NCBI GenBank assembly: GCA_027533425.1
Contig: JAPZUD010000007.1
Location: 135,928 to 199,927, forward strand
DNA: 64,000 nt
Reading direction: 5' to 3'
DNA from: Beijerinckiaceae bacterium
Lineage (GTDB): Bacteria > Pseudomonadota > Alphaproteobacteria > Rhizobiales > Beijerinckiaceae
The notes below the pieces were generated by a model. The model ran no database searches and had not been told where the DNA came from. It saw only the letters and a list, made by a program, of their open reading frames with translations. Both the position numbers and the translations under genes were made by a program. This document shows positions 1-10,900 of this stretch, piece by piece (the first letter of the stretch is position 1; each line of letters begins with the position of its first letter).

Positions 1-851
1 CCGAGGCGGCGATGGGCATGATGGGTGCGGAGGCTTTCCTCCTGATGGGGAGCGAAATCGACCACCAGGAGCCGTCCGCCCGGGCGCAGCGTCCGCGCCG
101 CCTCCCGCACCGCCCGGCCGGGATCGTCAAGGAAGTGCAGCACCTGATGCAGGATAACGAGATCGAACCCGTTGAGATCACTCGGCAGCGCATAGGCATC
201 GCCCTGCCGGAGCTGGACATGGCGCAGCCCGGCGGCATCGAGATTGACGCGCGCCACGCCCAGCATGGCGGGGCTGACATCAAGCCCGACCGCGCGGGAG
301 ACCGGCGGCGCGAGCATTTCCAGCATCCGGCCTGTCCCGGTGCCAAGATCGAGCACGGAATCGAAGCGCTTGCTGCCGAGCAGCGCCAGCACCGCCGCCT
401 CGACCCGGGCCTCAGGCACATGGAGCGAGCGGATCCGGTTCCATTCGGCGGCATGGCGCGAGAAATAGCTCGCCGCCTGCTCCTTGCGTTCCTCGCGCAC
501 GGCGGCCAGCCGGCGGCGATCCCCGGCCAGATCGGCATCGGCCGGGTCGAGCGCCGCGACAATGCCATCCCGCACGGCAAGCGCGATGGCGCTGTCCGAC
601 AGGCGGAAGAACGCCCAGGCCCCTTCGCGGTGGCGGTCGATCAGGCCCGCCTCGACCAGAAGCTTGAGATGGCGGGAAACGCGCGGCTGTGACTGGCCGA
701 GAATGGCCATGAGCTCGGTAACCGTGAGTTCGCCCTCGGCCAGCAAGGCGAGGATGCGCAGGCGCGTCTCTTCCCCCGCCGCCTCGAGGGCGGTCAGCAG
801 GTCACCGAAGGCGAACTGGCCACCGGAAGTGGGAACGGGATGCGTGCGCAT
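1..851 (-). CDS. sahR: ArsR-family regulator fused to class I SAM-binding/methyltransferase domain (SahR-like); 3' end runs off the window
   Basis: Not in the ORF track. Manual minus-strand translation from ATG 851 gives MRTHPVPTSGGQFAFGDLLTALEAAGEETRLRILALLAEGELTVTELMAILGQSQPRVSRHLKLLVEAG (ArsR HTH), then VLDLGTGTG (SAM motif I) and LHQVLHFLDDP. Confidence 0.85.
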   Translation of the reverse strand, partial: MRTHPVPTSGGQFAFGDLLTALEAAGEETRLRILALLAEGELTVTELMAILGQSQPRVSRHLKLLVEAGLIDRHREGAWAFFRLSDSAIALAVRDGIVAALDPADADLAGDRRRLAAVREERKEQAASYFSRHAAEWNRIRSLHVPEARVEAAVLALLGSKRFDSVLDLGTGTGRMLEMLAPPVSRAVGLDVSPAMLGVARVNLDAAGLRHVQLRQGDAYALPSDLNGFDLVILHQVLHFLDDPGRAVREAARTLRPGGRLLVVDFAPHQEESLRTHHAHRRL

Positions 852-870
852 CAGGCGAATCCGCAAAACG

Positions 871-890
871 ACATAAAGATATGTTTATAT
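871..890. promoter_or_regulatory. Probable SahR operator (autoregulatory)
   Basis: ACATAAAGATATGTTTATAT, an imperfect 20-bp AT-rich palindrome 20 bp upstream of the sahR-like ATG. It resembles my recollection of the alphaproteobacterial SahR motif (ATATAAAG-N4-CTTTATAT). Confidence 0.7.
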
Positions 891-937
891 CGTTCGCGCG
901 CAAAGTGCAACCCTGAAACTGCATCCACCCGAGGCCG

Positions 938-2026
938 TCAACGTGCCCGCCCTTCCCAGACCATGCCGGGCCGCAGGGCCGGGAAGCGCGATTCCGGAAG
1001 ACCGGCCTTGCCGAGTGCTGCAACGAGATCACGCGGGGGCGCATCGACCGCCTCGTTGGTCAATCGGAAGGTCCCCCAATGATAGCCGAGCGCCTGTTCC
1101 AGCCCGAGGATCCGGACGATCTCGACCGCATCCTCGGGGTTGATATGCTGCTGCCGCATGAACCAGCGCGGCTCATAGGCGCCGATCGGAATCAGGCCAA
1201 GGCGCAGGTCCGGATGCCTCGCCTTGAGCGCCCGGAACACGCGGCCATCGCCGAAGCCGGTATCGCCCGCAAACCAGAGCTTGCCCCAGCGCCCGGCCAG
1301 CACAAACGACGCCCAGAGCGCATGGCGCCGGTCGAATGTGCTTCTGGCCGACCAATGCTGCGACGGCTCGAAGAACAGGGTCAGCCCCGGCGCCAAAGTC
1401 GCCGTGTCGCCCCAATCCCCCGCCTCGACCTCGATATCCGGCCGTTCCGCCCGGATGATCGTGTCATTGCCCAGCGGCACGAGGATGCGCGGCCGGTCCC
1501 GGTCCCACAGGCGATGCAGGGTCGGCAGGTCGAGATGGTCGTAATGGTTGTGCGAGACGAGCACCGTGTCGATTTTCGGCAGGTCCGCAAAGGCAAGGCC
1601 CGGCGCATTGGCCCGCTTCGGCCCGGCAAAGGAAACCGGACTCGCCCGCTCCGAAAAATGCGGGTCGACGAGGATGTTGTGCCCGTCCATCTGGATCAGG
1701 AAGCTGGCATGGCCGATAAAGCTCACCCGCAGCTTTCCGGCCCCCACCCGCGCCGGCGGCGTATCGACCGGCAGGGGGCTCGGGAAGGAATCGGGCCAGG
1801 CCTCGGCCTTGTCGCCCAGCTGCCAGCGCAGGAAATCCGCGAAGCCGCGCGGCTGGTCCCCCCCGGGATTGAAGAAATGTGTCCCGTCGAAATGATCGGA
1901 AACCGGGCCGGAATAATAGGCATTCGCCCGGGCCGGCCGGAGCATGGCGGTGAGGCCACCGCCGATCGCGGCGAAGGCAAAGGCAATCTGCAGGAAGCGG
2001 CGGCGATGAGGCGGCTTGTCAGTCAT
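938..2026 (-). CDS. MBL-fold metallo-hydrolase (NAPE-PLD/RomA-like) with twin-arginine signal
   Basis: HRRRFL Tat motif plus hydrophobic segment; SHNHYDHLD (HxHxDH); FAGDTG; YHWGTF. Confidence 0.85.
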   Translation of the reverse strand: MTDKPPHRRRFLQIAFAFAAIGGGLTAMLRPARANAYYSGPVSDHFDGTHFFNPGGDQPRGFADFLRWQLGDKAEAWPDSFPSPLPVDTPPARVGAGKLRVSFIGHASFLIQMDGHNILVDPHFSERASPVSFAGPKRANAPGLAFADLPKIDTVLVSHNHYDHLDLPTLHRLWDRDRPRILVPLGNDTIIRAERPDIEVEAGDWGDTATLAPGLTLFFEPSQHWSARSTFDRRHALWASFVLAGRWGKLWFAGDTGFGDGRVFRALKARHPDLRLGLIPIGAYEPRWFMRQQHINPEDAVEIVRILGLEQALGYHWGTFRLTNEAVDAPPRDLVAALGKAGLPESRFPALRPGMVWEGRAR

Positions 2027-2159
2027 GCCGGATTAGGTGGGGCGCAACCGGGCAAGGTTCAATCGCTGGCGGATGAACCCCGGCATTGCGAGGACATACC
2101 CCTTGCCGCGCAAACCTCCGATCGGTGATCCGCCTCGGGTCCGCGGCGCCCCTCCCGCA

Positions 2160-2723
2160 TTACTCGCACACCGTCGGACGCTTTTCATCCGTCCATTCGG
2201 CGACAGGCACGGGCTTGAGTGAAAACGTCACGGCGCGGTTCCGCTTCCCGGTGCCCTTGCCCGTGGAGAGGTTGAGGTCGCAGGCGCTGGCAGCGGCATC
2301 ATCGGCAACCGAGTCATAGCTGGAATAGGTGATGCCAAGCACGACAAGCCGCCCCGAACGCCAGGCCAGGGTCAGCTTCTGGTCCCATTTGTAGCGCCCC
2401 TGCGCATTGCCGCTCTCGACAGTGATGATCCCCTTGCGCGGCTCGGCGACTTCGTAAACGCCGTAGCCGAATTCAGCTGTCCTGGACAGCAGGCGCAACT
2501 GCTCCTTGCCGGAAGCGGCATCCTTCTCGCCCCTGAAAACATGGAGCGTGGCAAAGGGCCCGCCATCCTTTTCACCGGTGAAAACCAGCAGATCATTCAC
2601 CCCGTCCTGATCGAAATCGACCACAAGCCGGGCTACGACATCTTTCACGGGAACCTTCGCGCCTTGCGCCATGACGGAAAACGGGGCGAGCATCATCGCC
2701 GCCGCAAGGCAAAATCGCATCAT
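2160..2723 (-). CDS. Hypothetical exported protein (187 aa)
   Basis: C-terminal part of ORF 2160..3071 from MMRFCLAAAMMLAPFSVMAQ (signal peptide, AxA-like cleavage); DFDQDGVND loop; two Cys near the C-terminus. Confidence 0.7.
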   Translation of the reverse strand: MMRFCLAAAMMLAPFSVMAQGAKVPVKDVVARLVVDFDQDGVNDLLVFTGEKDGGPFATLHVFRGEKDAASGKEQLRLLSRTAEFGYGVYEVAEPRKGIITVESGNAQGRYKWDQKLTLAWRSGRLVVLGITYSSYDSVADDAAASACDLNLSTGKGTGKRNRAVTFSLKPVPVAEWTDEKRPTVCE

Positions 2724-2793
2724 CCCCAGCCCCCTCGTTCGGCCTGCCATGATACCCGGAAAGGGGGTTTTGGAAAGGGCGCGACGGCGCCCC

Positions 2794-4446
2794 TTAACGC
2801 GCGAACTTGCGATACTTGATCCGCTTCGGCTCCACCGAATCCGCACCGAGGCGGCGCTTCTTGTCCTCGATGTAATCCGAGAACGAGCCCTCGAACCATT
2901 CGACATGGCTGTCGCCCTCGAAGGCGAGGATATGCGTGGCGATCCGGTCGAGGAACCAGCGATCATGGCTGATGATGACGGCGCAGCCGGCATAGTCCTC
3001 AAGCGCCTCTTCGAGCGCGCGAAGAGTATCCACGTCCAGATCGTTGGTCGGTTCGTCGAGGAGCAGCACATTGGCGCCGCTCTTCAGCATCTTGGCGAGA
3101 TGCAGGCGGTTCCGCTCGCCGCCCGAGAGCATGCCGACCTTCTTTTCCTGGTCGCCGCCCTTGAAGTTGAAGGCCCCGCAATAGGCACGGGAATGCATCT
3201 GCTTCTTGCCGAGATAGATGACCTCGGCCCCGCCGGAGATTTCCTCCCAGACGGTCTTCTTGTCATCCAGCGCATCGCGGCTCTGGTCGACATAGCCGAG
3301 CTTCACGCTTTCGCCGATGGTGATCGAGCCACCATCCGGCTTCTCGACGCCGGTGATCATGCGGAACAGCGTCGTCTTGCCGGCACCGTTCGGGCCGATC
3401 ACGCCGACAATGCCGCCCGGCGGCAGCTTGAACGAGAGATTCTCGATCAGCAGCTTGTCCTGGAAACCCTTGTTGAGATTCTCGAAATCGATGACGTTGC
3501 CGCCCAGGCGCTCGGCAATCGGGATGATGATCTGCGTACTGTCGGGCGCCTTCTCGGAAGCCTTCTGCACCAGTTCCTCGTAGCGCTGGATACGGGCCTT
3601 GTTCTTGGCCTGCCGCGCCTTCGGCGAGGCGGCCACCCATTCCTGCTCGCGCGCCATGGTCCGCTGGCGGGCGGCATCCTCGCGGCCCTCCTGCTCGAGG
3701 CGCTTCTGCTTCTGCTGCAGCCAGCTGGAGTAATTGCCCTCGTAGGGAATGCCGCGGCCACGATCGAGTTCCAGGATCCAGCCGGTCACGTTGTCGAGGA
3801 AGTAGCGGTCATGCGTGACGATCAGGATCGCGCCAGGATATTCGCGCAGATGGTTCTCGAGCCAGTTCACCGTCTCCGCATCGAGATGGTTGGTCGGTTC
3901 GTCGAGCAGAAGCAGTTCCGGCTGTTCCAGCAGCAGCTTGCACAAAGCCACGCGGCGCTTCTCCCCGCCCGAGAGCTTGTCCACCGCCCAGTCATCCGGC
4001 GGGCAGCGCAGCGCGTCCATCGCCTGGTCGACCTTGCTGTCGAGATCCCAGAGATTCTGGCTGTCGATCGCATCCTGGAGCTTGGCCGCCTCGTCGGCGG
4101 TCTCGTCCGAATAGTTCATCATCAGCTCGTTGTAACGGTCGATGATGGCCTGCTTGGCCGCCACGCCGAGCTTCACATTCTCGCGGACATTGAGGCTCAG
4201 ATCGAGCTGCGGCTCCTGCGGCAGGTAACCCACCCGCGCGCCCTCGGCCACCCAGCCATCGCCGGTCCATTCCTTGTCGATCCCCGCCATGATCTTCAAA
4301 AGGGTCGACTTGCCGGCGCCGTTGACGCCGAGCACACCGATCTTGGCATCCGGGTAGAAAGAGAGATGGATGTTGTCGAGAACCTTCTTGCCGCCGGGAT
4401 AGACCTTGGTCAGGCCACGCATGTGATAGATGAACTGCCGGGACAT
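2794..4446 (-). CDS. ettA: Energy-dependent translational throttle protein (ABC-F)
   Basis: [48 protein letters not shown]; two ABC domains ([16 protein letters not shown]); no transmembrane segments. Confidence 0.95.
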   Translation of the reverse strand: MSRQFIYHMRGLTKVYPGGKKVLDNIHLSFYPDAKIGVLGVNGAGKSTLLKIMAGIDKEWTGDGWVAEGARVGYLPQEPQLDLSLNVRENVKLGVAAKQAIIDRYNELMMNYSDETADEAAKLQDAIDSQNLWDLDSKVDQAMDALRCPPDDWAVDKLSGGEKRRVALCKLLLEQPELLLLDEPTNHLDAETVNWLENHLREYPGAILIVTHDRYFLDNVTGWILELDRGRGIPYEGNYSSWLQQKQKRLEQEGREDAARQRTMAREQEWVAASPKARQAKNKARIQRYEELVQKASEKAPDSTQIIIPIAERLGGNVIDFENLNKGFQDKLLIENLSFKLPPGGIVGVIGPNGAGKTTLFRMITGVEKPDGGSITIGESVKLGYVDQSRDALDDKKTVWEEISGGAEVIYLGKKQMHSRAYCGAFNFKGGDQEKKVGMLSGGERNRLHLAKMLKSGANVLLLDEPTNDLDVDTLRALEEALEDYAGCAVIISHDRWFLDRIATHILAFEGDSHVEWFEGSFSDYIEDKKRRLGADSVEPKRIKYRKFAR

Positions 4447-4636
4447 TCTGGGCTCGTTTCGCTCGGGTTCGGGGTGGCACCGGGGCGCCGGAGATGCGCT
4501 GAGGTAGCAATGGAGGGGGCCGGATTCAAGCTTATTCGCCCCCGGCGCGACGCATCGTCTTTTCCTGCCGCTCCTAACCAAACGGAAAGCAGGCTCTGGC
4601 ATCATGCAGCGTCATTCGGGTTGAGTTTCGCGTCCC

Positions 4637-6040
4637 ATGAGCAGCGTTCTGGCCGCCGCAGCGGCTGCAAAGATCCAGGAAATCCGCGCCCAGTCGCTGG
4701 CGACCATGCTGGCGGCCGTCGGTGCGGCCGGACAGGCCGGCGCGGCCGGCGCGAGGCCCGGCGGAACCGGCAGCGCCCCGTTCGAAGCGGCGCAGATCCG
4801 TGCGATCCTTGTCGAGATGCAGGGCGCAACCCGCGCCCTCGTCCAGCTGGCCGGAGGCTATGCCGAGGTTGAGCTGCCACCGGCCCTGTTGCGTCAGGCC
4901 GCAATCGATCCTTCCATCCTGAAACAGGGCGCCCTGCTGCTCCTCCCGGCGGATGTGCCTGCGCGGCCTGTGCCCGGCCCGGCCACGGCTGTCAGCACGC
5001 CGAATCCCGCCGCGCCACAGCCGCAACCCGGCCCGCCCGGCACCTTCCCGCCCGGATCGCTGGGGGCCACGCTCGGCCGAATGACCGGCCTTGCCCTGCC
5101 GGCCGCCGAAGCCATGCCGCCCGTGCACCAGGCACCGCCGAGCCAGGCGGCACTCCGTCCGGTCATGCTGCCGCAGGGCCTGCCCGCGCCGCTCGCCGAA
5201 GCGGTGCTGCAGAGCGCCGCCCGCCAGCTTCCGCTCGCCCCTGTGCTGACAGCCCTGCTTGGCAAGGCCGCTGAACCGGGCCTCCCGCCAGCCCTGCAGG
5301 GCCTGCTCCAGTCGCTGCAAGGCCTCCGCGCCAGCCCGGCCAGCCTGGCCACGCCGGAAGGCCTGCAATCCGCCCTCGCCCGATCGGGCCTGTTCCTCGA
5401 AATCAACCTTGCCCGGACCTTGCCCGGCCAGGCACCGCCCGCCGATCTCAAGAGCCAGCTCGCCGCCATCCGGCACGCCGCGGAGCAGATCCGGCAAGGG
5501 GCTGCGGGCGCTGACCCCGGGGATATCGCCCGTCTCGCCGAAGGCGGCACCGAGCGGATCAAGCTGATGCAGCTGGCCTCGCTGCCGGCCCATCCCGAAA
5601 TCGTCCGGACGGATGAATCCGGGCAGGGCTTCCGGCTCACGGTTTCTGTCCCGCTCGCGCCGCAGGGGCCGGACAGGCCGCAGACGGCGATGATGGGGGT
5701 GATGATCGAGCATCAGCCCGAGCAAGCTCCCGCCCCGGAAGATGCCCTCCGGCAGGAAAGTGCCGGCGAGGCACAGCCTTTCCCGTGGAAGGTGCGGATC
5801 GCCCTCGACCTTGAGGAGACCGGCCCGGTCGAGGCCGAAATCGGCCTGCGCGGCCAGTCGGTTTCCGTGCAGGTCTGGGCGGAGCAGCCGGCCATGGCAC
5901 GGCTGGCGCGCCAGAAGATCGGCGATCTCCATTCCGCCCTCTCGGGCGCTGCCTTCGAGATCACGCGGCTTGACGTGCATGACGGGCGGTCGGCTCCGCG
6001 TCCGAGCCTGCCCAATCCCTATCTGGATCGGCGGCCATGA
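4637..6040 (+). CDS. FliK-like hook-length-control domain protein
   Basis: Long Pro/Ala/Gly-rich region; SGLFLE motif; C-terminal [33 protein letters not shown]...LHSAL (Flg_hook-like); overlaps the next gene by 4 nt. Confidence 0.7.
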   Translation: MSSVLAAAAAAKIQEIRAQSLATMLAAVGAAGQAGAAGARPGGTGSAPFEAAQIRAILVEMQGATRALVQLAGGYAEVELPPALLRQAAIDPSILKQGALLLLPADVPARPVPGPATAVSTPNPAAPQPQPGPPGTFPPGSLGATLGRMTGLALPAAEAMPPVHQAPPSQAALRPVMLPQGLPAPLAEAVLQSAARQLPLAPVLTALLGKAAEPGLPPALQGLLQSLQGLRASPASLATPEGLQSALARSGLFLEINLARTLPGQAPPADLKSQLAAIRHAAEQIRQGAAGADPGDIARLAEGGTERIKLMQLASLPAHPEIVRTDESGQGFRLTVSVPLAPQGPDRPQTAMMGVMIEHQPEQAPAPEDALRQESAGEAQPFPWKVRIALDLEETGPVEAEIGLRGQSVSVQVWAEQPAMARLARQKIGDLHSALSGAAFEITRLDVHDGRSAPRPSLPNPYLDRRP

Positions 6041-6396
6041 CCCTGTCGATGACGCTCGACCCGCATCTTGCCGAAACCGCCCGCAACCCGGGCGAGAAAA
6101 TCGCGGTCGCGCTGAAATATGATTTCGGCGACGGCGCTCCGGTCGTGACGGCCAAGGGGCGCGGCGAAGTCGCCGAGAAAATCCTCGAGACGGCCCGCGA
6201 GCATGATGTCGCGATCGAACAGAACCCGATCCTGGCCGAAGCGTTGTCCCGGATCGAACTGGATACGGAGATCCCCGTCCCGCTCTACAAGGCAGTAGCC
6301 GAGGTGATCGGCTTCCTCCTCCGGACCGGGCAGCTGAACCGCCCGGCCGCCGGCGAGGCGCCCTCCTCGCTTACGACACACCCGGATCGGCGGTGA
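6037..6396 (+). CDS. Stand-alone FlhB/EscU C-terminal domain protein (FlhX/YlqH-like)
   Basis: AVALKYD...[27 protein letters not shown]...LAEAL...[17 protein letters not shown]; lacks TM helices and NPTH. Confidence 0.85.
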   Translation: MTLSMTLDPHLAETARNPGEKIAVALKYDFGDGAPVVTAKGRGEVAEKILETAREHDVAIEQNPILAEALSRIELDTEIPVPLYKAVAEVIGFLLRTGQLNRPAAGEAPSSLTTHPDRR

Positions 6397-6799
6397 AGCC
6401 CGCCGCGACGATGCCGGCCATCGCGGCCGCTTCGTCATTGTCCGACGTATCGCCCGAAATCCCGACCGCGCCGACCACCTGATCGCCTGATTTGATCAGC
6501 ACGCCGCCCGGAACGGGAACCAGGGCGCCATCGGCGATCTGCATCGCGGCAGCCACGAAAGCCGGGCGCTCGGCGGCCATCTTCATCAGCGAGCGGCTGC
6601 CCGAGCCCATGGCCAGGGCACCATTGGCCTTGGAATAGGCCACTTCCGGCCGCTTGATCGAGGTATTGTCCTCGGTCAGCACGATCTTGCGGGCGGCACG
6701 GGCATCCAGCACCACGATCGACAGCGGCTTGAAATTGCGCTCGCGGGCGAAGGACAGCGCGGTATCGGCGATCAGACGGGCCTTGTCGTAGGTCAGCAT
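6371..6799 (-). CDS. GlcG/HbpS-family heme-binding protein
   Basis: SIVVLDA...AYSKANGA...VPVPGGVLI...[18 protein letters not shown] motif set. Confidence 0.85.
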   Translation of the reverse strand: MLTYDKARLIADTALSFARERNFKPLSIVVLDARAARKIVLTEDNTSIKRPEVAYSKANGALAMGSGSRSLMKMAAERPAFVAAAMQIADGALVPVPGGVLIKSGDQVVGAVGISGDTSDNDEAAAMAGIVAAGFTADPGVS

Positions 6800-6933
6800 G
6801 GCAAGCTCCTGAGGGTTCCGCCCCCTGCTAGCATGTTCCCCCCGCCTGTCATCCCCGGATTTCGCGACCAGCACCTTTTCCGCGCGGGCACAAGCATCTT
6901 CCCTGTGGCCCTCCGGTTCTGGTAACAGAAACC

Positions 6934-7965
6934 ATGAGCGGCCAGGCCGAAATCCGAATCGAAGGCAAGACCGTCACCGTTCCCGTGGGAACCGGCGCGC
7001 TGGAGGCTGCCTCGCGCGCGGGCTTCACCCTGCATGACGAATGCTTCGTCGAACTGGTCGAGGGCACGCTGGATGTGGTCGGCAATCACGAGGACAATAT
7101 CGTCCTCGCCCGCCATGCCCGGATCAACGGACCGGCCGAACTGCGCTTCGAGACCCGCCCGCGCGAGATCAAGGTCGCGGGCGTCCTCGCCGAGATCACC
7201 GATCTTGCCGCCGGCATCGTCCAGATCGTGATCCGGACAAGCCAGCCGATCCCGTATCTCCCGGGCCAGTACCTCGCGGTTGAATTCGCCGGTTTTCCGG
7301 CCCGGATGCTCGCCCCGACCCTGACCCTGGACGGCCTGCGCGAGCTGGACCAGATGGTCTTCCATATGAGGCGCCATCCTGAAGGGGCGGTCTCGTCCGC
7401 CCTCGGGCAGGCAATCCGGCCCGGCCGCAAGGTCACCTTGCGCGGGCCCTATGGACATGCCTTCCTGCGCCGGGGCGAGGGTCGGCTGGTGCTGGTCTCC
7501 TCCGGCACCGGCTTCGCGCCGCTCTGGTCGATCGCCGTGGCGGCGCGGCTCGGCCAGCCCCACCGGCCGCTCCACATCATCGCCTCGGCGCGTGACCCGC
7601 GCGATCTCTACATGCGCCCGGCTCTGGACTGGCTGGCGAAACATGGCGTGGAGGACATCACGCTCGCCGCTTCCGCAGCGGCGCCCATGCCGCCCGCGCG
7701 CCATGGCCGCGCCATCGCCTTCCTGCCGCGGCTCGGCCCGTCGGATACGATCCACGCCTTCGGCGCGACTGCAATGGTCGACCAGCTCCGGCAGGTCGCG
7801 GCACAGACTGGCGCCCGGTGCTATGCCAATGCGTTCGGACCGGCCGAAGCGGGCGCGTCGGCAACGGGTATCCGCCGGTTCTTTACAGGAACCCCGAAAC
7901 CCGCCTCGCCGGTCCATGCCCAGATCGAGGCGCTCGCGGCCCGCCTGTCGCGCCCTGGGGGCTGA
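6934..7965 (+). CDS. Ferredoxin-NAD(P) reductase-like (FAD/NAD-binding) protein with degenerate 2Fe-2S domain
   Basis: YLPGQY, FHMRRHPEGAVSS, LRGPYG and LVSSGTGFAP motifs; the N-terminal ferredoxin-like region has only one Cys. Confidence 0.75.
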   Translation: MSGQAEIRIEGKTVTVPVGTGALEAASRAGFTLHDECFVELVEGTLDVVGNHEDNIVLARHARINGPAELRFETRPREIKVAGVLAEITDLAAGIVQIVIRTSQPIPYLPGQYLAVEFAGFPARMLAPTLTLDGLRELDQMVFHMRRHPEGAVSSALGQAIRPGRKVTLRGPYGHAFLRRGEGRLVLVSSGTGFAPLWSIAVAARLGQPHRPLHIIASARDPRDLYMRPALDWLAKHGVEDITLAASAAAPMPPARHGRAIAFLPRLGPSDTIHAFGATAMVDQLRQVAAQTGARCYANAFGPAEAGASATGIRRFFTGTPKPASPVHAQIEALAARLSRPGG

Positions 7966-7981
7966 CCGGTCGGGCGCACGG

Positions 7982-10900
7982 TCACTCCGCCGGCTGGCCC
8001 TGTCCGGCCTGATGGCCGTGGCCATGCGCCTCCTTGCCTTTCGGGCCTGAAGCAAAACGCTCCTGCAATTCGGCCAGCTTCTCCGCGATCGTCGAACGCG
8101 GCGAGGTGTAGTTCCCGACCATCAGGAACACGGACGGCACGAGGAACAGCGTCATGAAGGTCGAGAGGCTGGCGCCACCGATGATGACCCATCCGATCGT
8201 CGCGCGCGCTTCGGCACCGGCCCCGGTTGACAGCGCCAGCGGCACCGCCCCGAAGACCGTGGCGATCGAGGTCATCAGGATCGGCCGGAGCCGCATTTCC
8301 GAGGCCTTGACCACCGCCTCGTAGAGATCCAGCCCCTGCTCGCGCAGCTGGTTGGTGAACTCGACGATCAGGATGCCGTTTTTCGTCATGATCCCGATGA
8401 GCAGGATCATCCCGATCTGGCTGTAGACATTGAGCGTCTGGCCCGTCAGCAGCAGGATCGCCAGCGCCCCGGTCAGGGCCAGCGGCACCGTGACCATGAT
8501 GACGGCCGGCGCGATCCAGCTTTCGAACTGGGCGGCGAGAACAAGGAAGACCACCAGCAGCGCAAACCCGAACGTCATATAGAGCGAACTGCTCGCGCGC
8601 TTGTACTCTTTCGACTGGCCATTGTAGCCGATCCGCGCTTCCGCCGGCAGCACCTCCTTGGCGATACGGTCAAGCGCATCGATCCCCTGGCCGAGCGTGA
8701 CGCCCGGCGCCAGCGACCCCTGGATCGTGATCGAACGGAGCCGGTCGAAGCGGTTGAGCCTCTGCGGCCCGGCCTGCTCGCGGAGCGAGACGAAATTCGA
8801 AAGCGGCACCAATTCGCCCGCTCCGGTCCGGACAAACACGTTCTTGAGGTCATCCGGGCGGATACGGTTCTCCGCCCGCGCCTGCATGATCACCGAATAC
8901 TCGATGCCACGATCCACGAAGGTCGAGACCTCGCGCTCGCCGAACATCAGCTCGAGGCTGCGCCCGATCGCCTCGACCGAGACACCGAGATCCGCCGCGC
9001 GGCCGCGGTCGATCTGGACGCGAAGGTCCGGCTGGCGCTCGGTATAATCGCTGTCGAGATTGCGGAAGAGCCCGGTGGCATTGGCGCGTTCGAGCACGAG
9101 ATCGCGCCAGGCAGCGAGCGTCACGAAATCCGGGCCGCCGATCACGAACTGGATCGGCTGCTGGAAGCCGCGCTGGCCGAGCGAGGGCGGGTTGATCGGG
9201 AAGATGCGCGCGCCCGGGATCTGCTGGACCTTGGCCAGCAATTCCTGCTGGAGGGCCTGCTGGCGGACATTCCGCTCGTTCCAGGGCGCAAGACGAACAA
9301 TGAGCAGCCCGGAATTGACCGGGGCAGGCCGTTGCAGGCCGGGCGCGACAATCGTCAGGGTCGAGCTGATCACCTTGCTTTCAAAATAGGGCTTCAGCAG
9401 GGCCTCGACCTCGCGCATCCGCTCCCGCGTGAAGGACAGCGAGGCGGATTCCGGCGCCGTGACGGGAATGATGATCGTGCCGCGATCCTCGACCGGCGCA
9501 AACTCCTTCGGCACGAGGAAGAAGAGCTGCACGGCTGCAAAGGAAACACCGGCACCGAGCGCGATGACGAGGAGCGGCGCGTTCAGCGCGCGCTTGAGCA
9601 TCCGCGAATAGACCCGACCCATCCCGTCAAAGAAGGGCTCGGTCTTCCGGTGCACCCAGCCATGATGCGAGGTCAGCAGCTTGGAGCACATCATCGGCGT
9701 CAGCGTCCGGGCGACAACGCCGGAGAAGAAGATGGCCGTGGCCAGCGTCACGCCGAATTCCCGGAACAGCCGGCCGGTCTGGCCGTCCATGAAGGCAATC
9801 GGCACGAAGACCGAGATGAGCGTGATTGTCGTCGCGATGACGGCGAAGGCAATCTCGCGCGCGCCGATGAAGGAGGCCAGCAGCGGCGGCTCGCCTTCCT
9901 CGATCCGGCGATGCACGTTTTCGACCTCGACAATCGCATCATCGACCACGATGCCGATCGCCAGCACGACGGCGAGCAGCGTCAGCACGTTGATTGAGAA
10001 ACCGAACATCCAGAGCACGGCGAAGGTGGGGATGATCGAGACCGGAATTGCGATCGTGGCCACCAGCGTCGACCGCCAGGAGCGCAGGAAGACAAGGATG
10101 ACGAGCACAACAAGGAGAATGCCCTCGACCAGCGTCTTCAGCACGCCGTTGATCGAGGACCGGATGAAATTGGCTTCGTTGTAGAGGATCTCCGCATTGG
10201 TGCCTTCGGGGAAGGCCGGGCGGATCAGGTTGAGTTCCGCCGCCACGCCTTCCGCTACCGAAAGGGTGTTGGCGGTGGACTGGCGGATAATCCCCAGCCC
10301 GATCGCGGTCTTGCCGCTGGCGAAGAACTCGAACCGCTCGTCCTCGGCACCGACCTCGACCTGCGCCACTTCTCCCAGACGGACCTGGTAGCCATTCCGC
10401 ATGGCCACGACGATGTTGGCGAATTGCTCGCGGTTCGACAGTTTGGAATCGGTCTTGACGGTGATCTCACGCTGCGCCGAGGTCAGTCGCCCGCCGGGCA
10501 GGTCAACATTCTGGCGCTTGATCGCCGCCTCGACATCCTGAACCGTCACACCGCGGGCGGCCATCGCCGCGCGGTCAACGGCGACGCGCATCGCATAGCG
10601 CCGCTCGCCGCCGATATTGACGCTGGCAACGCCGGGAACCGTGGCCAGGCGGTCCACCACCGTGCGACGCAGGAAGTCCGTCAGTTCAAGCGCATCGAGA
10701 TTGGTCGAGGTCACGCCGATCCAGAGAATGGCCTGCGCATTGGAATCGACTCGCTGGATGATCGGCGCATCGACGCCGTCCGGGAGACGCGAGAGGACGC
10801 GGCCGACACGGTCGCGGACATCGGCCGCCGCCGCGTCCGGATCGCGGTTCACATCGAACTCGATGGTGATCGACGAGCGGTCATTCTGGCTGAAGGAATT

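Noticed and set aside
12-692. 226-aa + strand ORF (and 484..876)
   Set aside because: Antisense shadow of the sahR-like gene, whose minus-strand translation has clear ArsR and SAM motifs.
2671-4872. 733-aa + strand ORF
   Set aside because: Antisense to ettA; no motifs; typical of high-GC codon bias leaving the reverse frame open.
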